A stretch of 64,000 nucleotides of DNA from Dimorphilus gyrociliatus (lineage: Eukaryota > Animalia > Annelida). The stretch lies in the NCBI GenBank assembly GCA_904063045.1, contig CAJFCJ010000019.1, forward strand, positions 1,999,700 to 2,063,699, in the 5' to 3' direction. The stretch's first letter is position 1, and each line of letters starts with the position of its first letter. Positions 12,501 through 23,478 of the stretch are shown here, piece by piece. The notes under the pieces were generated by a model. That model was not told the DNA's origin, did no database searches, and saw nothing but the letters and a program-made list of their open reading frames with translations. The position numbers were made by a program, and so were the translations under genes.

Positions 12501-15500
12501 GTGGGAATGTCGCTTAGCGATAGAAATTTTACATGGGATTGTTTACTCAAGTTGAAAAATGACAGAGCAATAATTATAGTAGAAAATTATTTAAATGACG
12601 TTGATTTATACGCAGATAGATTTATGTTAATGTCAAATGGGAGAATAGAATGTTATGGTTCTTGGGATTACATTAAGATGGAATATGGTTTAGGATATCA
12701 TTTGTTAATATATAAAAATTACGATACAGAGGATAGAATTATACACAACTTTTTACTGGAAGAATTTCCAGAATTATACGTAGAAATTGATAAAGAAAAG
12801 GAAAATCTATTAAAGTATTATATACCGTCTAGATTTGTACACAAGTTTCAGTTGTTTTTCTCGTAAGTTTTATTTTCATCCTATAGTCTTTAACTATTCT
12901 TGGCATATATCATTTTAAATGGCTAAAAAATCCTTTAAAATCCGTTTAAAGTAGATAGATTGTGTTCTGGATATATTTTAGCATATAAATTATTCTTATA
13001 AATTAATCCTTAAACAGAAAATTAAAAACCCAAAGTTCTCAAATAGGCGTTGTAAAGTACAGACTCTTGGCTATAAATATTCAAGATGCATTTGCAAGGT
13101 TTTTCTATTTTAGAGGCAAACTAATTTACATATCTGTATTTGTGATCTCTTTCTTCAATCCCTCAATCCTAGAATAAAGACAGGAGCATCTGTTAGTGGA
13201 GGTGTTTTAAATCCAATTCACGAGTTTAGTTCAGAAAGTTCCAAAGGAAAGAAATCCGTATTAGTAAGATGGTTTTTTTTTTGTAAATTTCTTATTTATC
13301 ATTTATAATCTATTTCTTCTCTCTGTTTGCCCAATATTCTAAAAATAGTATGGTTCAACTCCAAAGAGAATAAAAAAACGTTGTGAGAGAAAAAAATGTT
13401 AAGATTCTAATACGATTCTATTATTTATTGATAACATTTAACAGTATAAACTTTTCATAGACCAAACAACTATGACTGAATGGAGTAGACGAAAACAAAT
13501 TTTTATTGCTGGAATAGAATATAGAACAGTTGTTCTTCTTAGAATGAAAAGGGGAATATCTATCTTCTTGCTTTCTATATTATTTTTAATAGGCCTAAGA
13601 GTTTCATTAAATCTAGTTTTCACAAATGATATAGAAAATGTGCCATCAGCATATTCAATCTATCCTGGAAAATATAGAAATCGTATTTAATTAATAACAG
13701 TTCTATTGATATGAAACTATTATAATTTTTATTTTTACAGAAACAATATATTACCTTCCAGAAATAAAGATTAATAATCATTTAAATGCTACAAATGAAT
13801 ATTTCGAGGTTAATAACCAAACTAATGAGTACGAAATGATTCTAATGAACATGTATAGCAATATTAATAGTATAGAAGTATTAAATCTTTCTTTTGTACT
13901 ACGTCAAAGTAATTATCAGAAAGGAAATGATAAACAATCGAAAAAATAAATAAAAAAGAAAATGTTTCTATTTATAGGCCGAACTAAAGATAAATATAAG
14001 ATAGTTTGTAATTATTTGGACAGTATATATCAACGTATTGGGAGGGAAAAGTTTGCAAAATATATTCTAAATTCATACGCCTTCTGGTCATTAGGAATGG
14101 TTTGTTAGCAAAATTTGAAAAGTTTCTATTAAATTTCTCATTTTTTGCTCTCTTCTATCCTTTGTCTTAAGGATGAAACAGAGAGAAAAAACTTTAAATT
14201 GACAGCTTTCTATTCCGGTAGGTTTTCCTCCTTTTTGTCCGAGATATTGAACATTTTTTACATCGTTTACATTGGACAGAAAAATTTCTATATTTATGCT
14301 TTAACCTTCTGTTAAAACTGTTATTTACAGGATACACTTATCACGGAGCGGCATTAGGCCTAAATACGCTTTCAAATATTTTACTAAGGAAACACACAAG
14401 CAGTAATAGAACAATAAGCATACGTAACTTCCCTCTTCCGGTCCGTCTTGATAATGGACCAATAAATTATCATTTGGGATTGCGTAATACAGTTATGGCT
14501 TTTGGAACATCTTTCTTTTTAAGCATCGAAAGCCTAATATTTTCAATTATGTTTTTAAAAGCTAAATTGTGCCAAAAGTTTATAATGAGACAATTTAGGG
14601 GCGAAGATATGCTGTATCAGTTTCTTTCTTCGTGGCTGATCGATTCTATAATTATTTTTATAACAGCAATTTTAACAAATGTTTCTGGAACAGTATGATA
14701 TTATTACTGTCTTACTGTATTAGTAATTAGTCGAAAACTATCAAAATATTACTTTAACAGATAATAACCGACGGACTATCAGCTATAAAAGGCGAGGAAG
14801 TCGTCCTCACAATCCTTTATTCAATAGCTTGTCCACCATCCAATTATTTCCTGGGTACAACTCTACAATCGATTACAGCATGTATTCAACTATGGTGTAT
14901 TCTAACTGCCGCTCCCTTAATATTCTTAGTGATAAACTTATATCCAGATATTCCTGGACTAGCGATAATCAATTATTTTAACCCCCATATTAACTATATG
15001 TATGGTCTATGGTTAAGCTCTATAAACAAGGTCAATCATATTTTCAATTGATAACAAGCGTACATAATAATAAAATTTACTGTTAGGTTCAGTTGTGTTC
15101 AACAGTTGACTGTTCCAAGTCGAATGTAAACTCCTTGTGTTGTAAGATATGCTATGGGTATAGGTGCTTTATCATTACCAATAATCCATATAGTTTTAAT
15201 GAACCGGGCATTGGAAAAGTTCTGATAGGCTTAATGTTACATGCAATATTTGTTTTTTCTTTTGTGATATTCCTTGAGAAACAACGACCCAATTTTGAAG
15301 TGATCTTATATCCTTACTTATCGGTTAGTTATACTTAAGTTGTCTATTGTTGATGCTGATGTTACAAATATACCTGATTAGAGTGAAATGAATATTTTGG
15401 ACACAGAAATAGGAGAGAAACAAGAAAAAGAACGTATTATACTGGCTGAAAGACCCGAAAGTTTAGGTATAATCGTCTTTGATGGCGTCTATAAACGAAC

Positions 15501-16700
15501 GATGAGAAAAGGTAAAAAATACTTCTTTCTATAAAAGGTCATTTTAGAGCAGTAGCTATCTAGATGAGATAAAAGTGGAGAGGGCTATGTTAAAGTGTAA
15601 GATAGAGAACGTAATTGGAATTTTCGCAAACAGATTTTGTTCTAAAGGACACAGCTGATGTTGATAACGCTTACCTAGTTGTTAATGAAGGCGAATTTAT
15701 ATCAATAATAGGAGACGAGAATGTGAGCTTAAACCAAATGATTTATCTTGCCTGTGGATTAGAAATACCAACTTCCGGAAGAGTATTTATTAATGGGTTT
15801 AATACCAGATTAAATCGTGAAGAAATTTGCAAAGTTTGCGGTGTTGCCTTATCTAATCCCCAGTACCTTCCACAATTTCTGACAGTTCGAGAATTATTGG
15901 TTATCTATTCAAGGTTTCGTAATATAAAGAATGATAAGCTAAATGAGCACGTTTGTAATATAATAGATATGTTCTCATTACGAGATATTGAGCATTTTAA
16001 AATTGGTGAATTAGTAGACAGTAATCTACAAATGGTAAACCTAGCTGCTGCTTCAGTTGGACATCCACCCATTATTGTTTTGCAGGAATGCCATTTAGAA
16101 TTTTCTATTAGCAAATAGACTTTACCTATCATGTACCTAATCTAAAATTGCCCAATTAACTTCTAAACGGCATTACAGAATCCATTTTCCTCTTTAACCT
16201 ACCAATTAAAAGATTTAGCCATAAATGCACTACTGGATTTATTAAAAATGAATTGTACGATTGTCAGCAGTTTTCCTAGCTTATGTGACGTTGATGACAG
16301 GCTAGAAAGTCGTATAGTTGTACTAATAAAGAATAGAATAATGGGTGTGGGTACTAAACAACATTTAATTGACAAATTCGCTCCAGGATATCACGTTCGA
16401 TTTCAAATCAAATCGTTCGAAAATCCATCAAAAGCAAGATCTTATAAAGAGAGAATTGATCGTTTAACGAGATATTACTTCCCAGATTGTGAATTAATTT
16501 ATGCCTCAGAAAATGGAATAGGCTTACTGACTTATAATCTAAATATTAATTATTTTAGTCTATCTATAGTTTTCTCTCGCCTTGAAAAATTACGCAATCG
16601 ATTACCCCCCTCCTCAGTAGTTGACTTTCAAGTGAGTGATGGTAATTTAGAGGACGTTCTTCAAAGATTTATTACAGTATTTCACCAATCCCTAACTTAA
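9555..16700 (+). CDS. ABCA-subfamily full transporter (TMD-NBD-TMD-NBD), highly divergent, both NBDs degenerate
   Basis: ABCA-type N-terminus MISQLKLFIILFKKRW. NBD1: ITAIVGPPKSGKS, ELTVYEHL, GS..YIKMEYGLGYHL. NBD2: GEFISII, PTSGRVFINGF, LTVRELL, G..QHLIDKFAPGY. C-terminal VVDFQVSDGNLEDVLQRF. Confidence 0.85.
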
Positions 16701-17372
16701 AGATTTTCTGTATATACCTATATATATACATATATATATATACATGATTCAAACGAGCTTTCCATCAATTAAGAACCTTTTATCTTGTTTGCTCAACTAA
16801 TTGAGTACTTTTTCTTTTTTTTAACCTACATAAATCACATTTGTTGTTTTTATATAAACAGTTTGAGATAAAAAATAAATAAAATACTCTCTTTAAATAT
16901 ATATTTTAAAAGTATGCCATTTAAAATTATTTATGGGCCTATTATCCAAATAATGTTTTATAAATGTACGTTAAATCCTTAAATAAGTTTTATTAAGTTT
17001 GTTGAAAAATTATCATCCAATCAGCTAAGACATCACATTTTCCATTTAAAATAATTGATAATTTACGATGGGTTTCCGGTAGTGTGTTTCCGATTTAAAT
17101 TTGGTCCATTTTCGCTCTCTACAAAAAGTACCTTACTACTACCGTAAAGAAACGTTTAGTACCTTTCCAATTCTAAAAAGTAATAATTATCTTATAGCAA
17201 TCATTATATAAACATGACAAAAAGTATTTAATCTTATTAACAATATAACCATATTCTCTTCTACTTACTACGTCTTTCATCAGATTTTTATTCAATATCT
17301 ATTGTTATAAGTGCAATATGTGTTTCCCTTTAATTTTCAAAGTTTAATGATTATTTGTGATAGATAAAAGAA

Positions 17373-19967
17373 ATGGGAAGAGCCACAACAATAACTTTAG
17401 CAACTTCGCTTGGATTGGCAGTTGCTTTGTACGTGTGGCATAAAAAGTATAGAAGAAGCATCAAAATCTCAGAGCAGAAAGCTCAAAGTTTCAGCAAAAT
17501 TAAGATTCTCTATGGATCGCAAACTGGAACTTCAGAGGTTAAGATAAATATTAAAAAGCGACTGAATGAAAATTAATTATGTATATACTATATTTCAGAA
17601 ATTCGCACGGATTTTAGCTAAAGAGGCAAAAGAAATTCACAAAATTGAGTGTGAAGTTATATCAATGCAAGACTATGATCCTGAAGATTCTTTGTCTGAT
17701 GAGGTAATCATTTATAATACTTCTTTCATGAGTTACAAACAATCCGTGCCTTTTATTAGGCCAAAAATGAAATTATTCTTGTTTCAATCATCTCAACTTA
17801 CACTGATGGAGCACCTCCTGAGTCGGCTAAATGGTTTTGCAAATGGATCGAGGAAGCGTCGTCCGATTTTCGTATACAAAAAAGTCTATTAAGTAACTTG
17901 AAGTTTTGCGTTGTATCTTTAGGAAACTCGCTGTATGAGGAATATTTTGGAACGGTATGTATATTCAAATCGAAAAAGTGAACAAAATTAAAAATTAATT
18001 ATTATTCAAAGGTTGGTAAAACCTTAGAAGATAGCTTCAAAAAACTTGATGCAACAATGATCCTTCCTCTCGGAATTGTTGACGAAAACGTTGCTGAGAG
18101 TAGACATGGAGGTATCAGTTAACCCAGCATAGCTTTAACATAAACTTAAAAGTATATATCATATAAAGGTAAGGAAGGTGACTTCGCCGCATGGAAGAAA
18201 AAGTTTTGGAAGAGGGCTTTACGCATAATTAAAAATAATGAGCATATCGAAGTAAAAAACTCTAAGAAATCGTCAAAAGATTGTTGTTCTGCTTCTTGTT
18301 CTTGTCAAGGAGATAAAAAAGTAAATGGAACTAAAACCAATTTAATTTCTATTACCCATCCATTTCTTTAAAATCATCTTAGACGGAAAAGAATGAAAGC
18401 GATAGTGGGCTAAGCGAAGAAGAGGAAGAAGAAAACAGCGAAGATGTAGTTGATGTTGAAGATTTGGGAAATATAATGGGAAAAATAACGAGGAATGCTG
18501 CTAAGGGAGGAAATGAAAAAGAGATGATCACTCCTATGTTGCGTGATGCCTTAACTAAGCAGGGTAACGTATTTTCCCAAGAGTGTAAATTCTACTACAA
18601 TTTCTTTTTTACAGGTTATAAACTAATAGGGACGCATTCAGGCGTAAAACTATGTCGTTGGACAAAATCTATGCTAAGGGGTAGAGGAGGATGCTATAAA
18701 CATACTTTTTATGGTATCGAAAGTCATCGGTGCATGGAAACTACACCAAGCTTGGCATGTGCTAATAAGTGTGTGTTCTGTTGGCGGTTAGTCATCCCGA
18801 AATAGATAAAATATAAAAGAGGATAATTTGATAATGTGTTTCAGTCACCACACAAATCCTGTAGGAACCGAATGGAAATGGAAAATGGATGAGCCAGATG
18901 TTATATTCAAAGGCGCTTTAGAAAATCACTACAAGCTAATTAAACAATACAGAGGTGTTCCAGGAGTTAAACCAGAACGATTGGAGGAGGCTTTTAGGGT
19001 TGCTCATTGCGCTTTGTCTCTAGTTGGAGAGCCAATTATGTACCCAAAAATTAACGAATTTGTTAAGATGTTACACGAAAAGAGAATATCTAGTTTTCTA
19101 GTAACAAACGCCCAATTTCCAGATGCTATTAAGTAAATTATAATTCATATTTCGCAGCTATGTAATTCAATTAAAGTGTATCCCTCTCAATTAGAAATAT
19201 GGTACCTTGCACTCAATTATACGTTAGCGTTGATGCAGCAACACAAGATGCTCTAAAGAAAATTGATAGACCTCTGTTTAAAGACTTTTGGCCTAGATTT
19301 CTTGACAGTCTTTCTGCCTTATCTGCTAAGGTTGAAGTTTATACACGTGTTGGCTGTATAACATGTTTTAATGGAACGTACTAATTGCTTTGCAGGGTCA
19401 ACGAACAGTATATAGGCTAACTTTGGTTAAGGCATGGAATACGGAAGAGCTAAATGCCTATGCTGATTTGGTGTCATTGGGAAAACCTGATTATATAGAA
19501 ATTAAGGTTAGTATTAAAAAATTAAATTATATATAGAACATATTTCCAGTTTAAAGTTTATCAATAAATAAAAGGGTGTAACGTACTGTGGAGAATCAAA
19601 GGCGACTACTTTGACAATGGAAAATGTCCCCTGGCACGATGAAGTACTACGATTCGTCCAACAGTTAGCTGATTTACTACCAAATTATGAAATAGCATGC
19701 GAACATGCGCATTCGAATTGTGTTTTGTTAGCGGATGTAAAATTCAAGAAAGACGACGGCTGGTATACTTGGATTGACTACGAAAAATTCCACGAATTAA
19801 GCGATAGGTACAAAGCATCAGAAGGAAAATTACAATTTACAAGCGAAGATTATATGGCTAAAACCCCGACTTGGGCTCAATACGGAGCCGTTGAAAGAGG
19901 CTTTGATCCAGAAGAAAAAAGGCATTTTAGAAAGAAGGCTAATAATAAAGACATTGGAGGTTGTTAG
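17373..19967 (+). CDS. TYW1: TYW1 tRNA wybutosine-synthesising radical SAM enzyme (flavodoxin plus radical SAM domains)
   Basis: ILYGSQTGTSE flavodoxin motif; GYKLIGTHSGVKLCRWTK; CANKCVFCWR (CxxxCxxC); QLYVSVDA; C-terminal ERGFDPEEKRHFRK. Confidence 0.97.
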
Positions 19968-21928
19968 GTCAATAATAATTTATAATTAAAAGAGTGTAAT
20001 TAAAGTTTTTTGTTCTCTTTTCTTTGTTAATATTTTGACGAAATAGATGAGAAATTCCTTTTTGCGCTTTTTCTCTTTTTCTTATGTTTTATAACTTTTA
20101 AACAGACAAGCATTAATATATTAATATCATAGTTTCAACTAGGCCAGAGCTACTATATACTTTTACCTTGACATACTGCATGGACAAGTTCAAAAATAGT
20201 ACATTGAATGATACGATAATTTAGAACTTGTCATATACTACATTATCAACAATTAATTTACCCGAATCACTGTAAACAAATATCTTTAAAATGAGATGAA
20301 AGTGTTAAATTGAAAGGCTATCTAATAACTTTAAATTCATTCCTACTATATCAACTATTTCTGCGGGTCTAATACATTTTCCCAGCGAATTGTCTCATGG
20401 CCCGCCAGACGAAACTTCTATTCTATACCCTGTAGATAGTCTAAACACCTCCTAGGGCGTTACCTACAAAAATTGGTACCGTTAATATCTATCTCTGAGT
20501 GCGAGTGGGCTTACTCATGCGAACTTTCTCTGTTACCCTTTTGTCCAGAAATTTTAATAAATTTACTCTTTAATGATTTTATCTTGCTATTCTTGTTTCA
20601 TCTTTGGAAAAAAGACTGCAATGAACTATAAATAAAAATTTTTCGAGAAACTATTGTAAAATCATTCATTTTACCTTGGATTGATAGAACATTTTCTCTT
20701 GTGAGGCGTGATTTCTTTACCAATTACTTCTTAATTTAGTTTCCTAATACACTGCAAATGTTGCTATAAATGTAAAATTTTCATTGCATTCAATACCGGA
20801 TGAGTGTCAAGGTTTACTTTGTTGTTAAAGTTCCAAGTTCACAGTAAGCTTTCTTTGGTTGTTTTACCAGATCAGACAAAACTAATTAGTAGTCAATTTT
20901 GGATATTTGCCTATTCATTTTCAAACAAGCCATAATAGCCCTTAAGTTAAACGTCAATAGCATTTAAAATACATATATAAGAGGAGATTCCATGGCAATT
21001 ATCAATTTCACGCCCAATAGTCAGTCGTATGTCAGGTTTCGTTAATTAGTTAACTAGGTCCCAATAAGTTACACAAGACCTTCTATAACTTATATCAGAA
21101 GCATATATTAGTTTCACATTTTATTCAAACGGACGTTATATAATTATTCCCATAGTACTCTTAAAACAGATCATTAAGAGAGTAGACTCTTTTTCCTGTT
21201 AAAACTGAAAATATTGGCGGTATCTTAGCTCTTGCTTTGAAACATTTTATTACAATTAAAAGTTCACACTTTCTCAGACACTATGAGCCAGAGAAATATA
21301 GACAAGATATCCTTATTAACCTTTCACCCTACCAAATTTACAGGTTTCATCTTCACAGTAGCAATCCACCGTAATATATTGAATATTTTCAATAAGTAGG
21401 CTTATCGCCATATTTTTTAATCTTGTCTTACTTAAAGGGATGTTGCAATATATCAGTTTCTGTTCGATCGCTTTAGGGTATAATTTTGCACTCTTGAGCA
21501 ATCAAGTATCATTATCAAATTAGGAAAATATACTTGCTGAACCCTGATTGCCCAAGTTTTAGGGCAGATGAAGATCAAAGCAATTTTGTCATAACAATAC
21601 TGAAAACCAAAATCGTTTTCTCAGACCATCTTACCTTGCCCTTAGCCAAGTGTATACTAGTAAACTAGCAGAATTATTCCGTCAAATACATTTTGTGATT
21701 AACTGTCTAAATATAAAATAATATTTTCTAAAGTGCCTAGAAGATTGGATAACTGGACAGTTTCAAATTTTCCCGCCAAACGCTATTTAATAAGTATTAT
21801 GTTTGTCGATAAATACCGAATAATTAAACGATTGTTCGCCTAACGTTTAAAATACTTAAATTTACAAATTTTGACAAAATTGATCAAATTAAGTCACACT
21901 TTAGACTGTATTGTTAACGTGGTATACT

Positions 21929-22773
21929 TCAAAACTTGTCGAAAGTTTTCTTTGAAGATTTTCCAGTACCCTTTGATACTTTAACGACATTAAATCTAAC
22001 GGTTTTACTGAGTGGGCGGCATTCTCCAACCGTCACTAAATCTCCAACTCTAACATCCCTGGAAAGAAAACTTCCTTAGTACTAGTTGATATTAAACAGG
22101 GCCATATGACTTACCTAAAGCATGGGCTTAGATGAACCGACATGTTCTTATGGCGTTTCTCAAAACGGTTGTACTTCTTTACGTAATGCAAGTAATCACG
22201 ACGAATTACGATCGTTCTGTGCATTTTCATTTTCAATACAACGCCTGTCAAAATTCGGCCGCGGATGGAAATGTTTCCTGTGAACGGGCATTTCTTGTCG
22301 ATATAAGTTCCATCGATGGCCTGAGGTAATAAAAGGTTTTAAGAGAAGACTAAAGGATAAAGAAAGTAGACGTAAAATATATTGTCTTAAAATCAGTAGT
22401 CACGTTACTTCACCAGCAAAAAGTATGAAGACCGTCGTGATATAGTATCATCATAAGTGTAATATTACAGCATGTAACAAGAATCAATTATATACTCACT
22501 TCTCTGGGGGTTTTAAATCCAAGACCGATATTTCGGACATAACGGAGCTTCTTGGATTTACCAGAGAGTAGACTCTTTTTCCTGTTAAGAAAAACAGTCG
22601 GTTGCTTCTGAAAAGCTCTTTCGGTCTGTTGTAAAAAACATATTCATTAAAAGTGTTCCAACATATGTATAATGGCTAATGTCAAATTAAGAATCAAGAT
22701 TTACGGTTCTAAAACTCGGTTTTGTATCAATAAATTAAAAAAAACTGGAGTCACGCTTTACCTGTTCAGCCAT
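21929..22773 (-). CDS. RPS11: 40S ribosomal protein S11 (uS17); exons 22773-22762, 22625-22500, 22320-22115, 22058-21929. Missed by the ORF track.
   Basis: Manual splicing gives [18 protein letters not shown]...[38 protein letters not shown]...[31 protein letters not shown]...FDKF*. Confidence 0.98.
22387..22458 (-). ncRNA. SNORD35: Intronic box C/D snoRNA, U35/snR73-like, guiding 2'-O-methylation of a cytidine in 28S rRNA AGACCGUCGUGA
   Basis: In RPS11 intron 2 (179 nt, longer than the usual ~55 nt): C box ATGATGA (22454-22448), D box CTGA (22396-22393), short CTTA/TAAG terminal stem. The 12-nt element TCACGACGGTCT (22440-22429) is complementary to conserved 28S AGACCGUCGUGA. The D' box is degenerate. 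Confidence 0.88.
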
Positions 22774-22776
22774 GTT

Positions 22777-22786
22777 GAAAGAAAGG
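22777..22786 (-). promoter_or_regulatory. 5' terminal oligopyrimidine (TOP/TCT) motif of RPS11
   Basis: CCTTTCTTTC just upstream of the ATG, as expected for a ribosomal protein gene. Confidence 0.6.
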
Positions 22787-23478
22787 ACCGGACACATGTT
22801 CGCACTTCCGCAAATCGGGTGGGTGGCGCGAAAATCGCATTTTATAATTTTTTGTACAAATTTTCCCTCTTCGCCATTAAAACCATTTAAATGAAAGCTA
22901 AAATGTAATGAAAAATTTATCTACATAGATTAATAATAAAAATCCTTCTAAAAAGTCACTTTAGCATTAATAATTTTATTTTTTATCAATTAATCTGGCT
23001 CTACATCTTAAAAAACCATACTTATGGACATTATTAAACTGGTTACCTGGTATAAATTAAAAAGTTCCTTACTCTTTCCTTTACAGCTAATCTTTAAATT
23101 GTCAATTCGAAGTTTTCTTACAAATCCTCTTCAAGATTAACATATCTATTATCAACTAAGCGAAAGTTGATAGTTGGATAAGATTTGAATACACATACTT
23201 GAATTTTTTAAACATTTGTATTACCCTTCGAAAGGTCATAAACGATGGTTCGGATGTACATACATTTAAGTTTGATTTTAAAAAACGAATGAAATGATTT
23301 ATTTTTAGTATTTGAGATCGATATCATAAACACCTCAAAGTTTATTCATATGCTACTTTGAAAGTTACCACCTAAAGCTAACTCGCACATAGAAGATAAT
23401 CAATTATTCCCTACTGAAAAGAGACCATAACAACCAAGAGACTGCAATGAGACAAATTCTATCAAACTACAGATAAGT

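Noticed and set aside
20395-20397. In-frame TGA in YRIEVSSGGP*DNSLG as possible selenocysteine
   Set aside because: No known selenoprotein motif, no SECIS seen, and neighbouring fragments contain TAA/TAG stops and frameshifts.
21307-21314. ATATCCTT matching a U12 AT-AC donor
   Set aside because: No coherent plus-strand gene or matching branch point plus AC acceptor; likely chance.
22132-22329. Plus-strand 65-aa ORF
   Set aside because: Antisense shadow of RPS11 exon 3.
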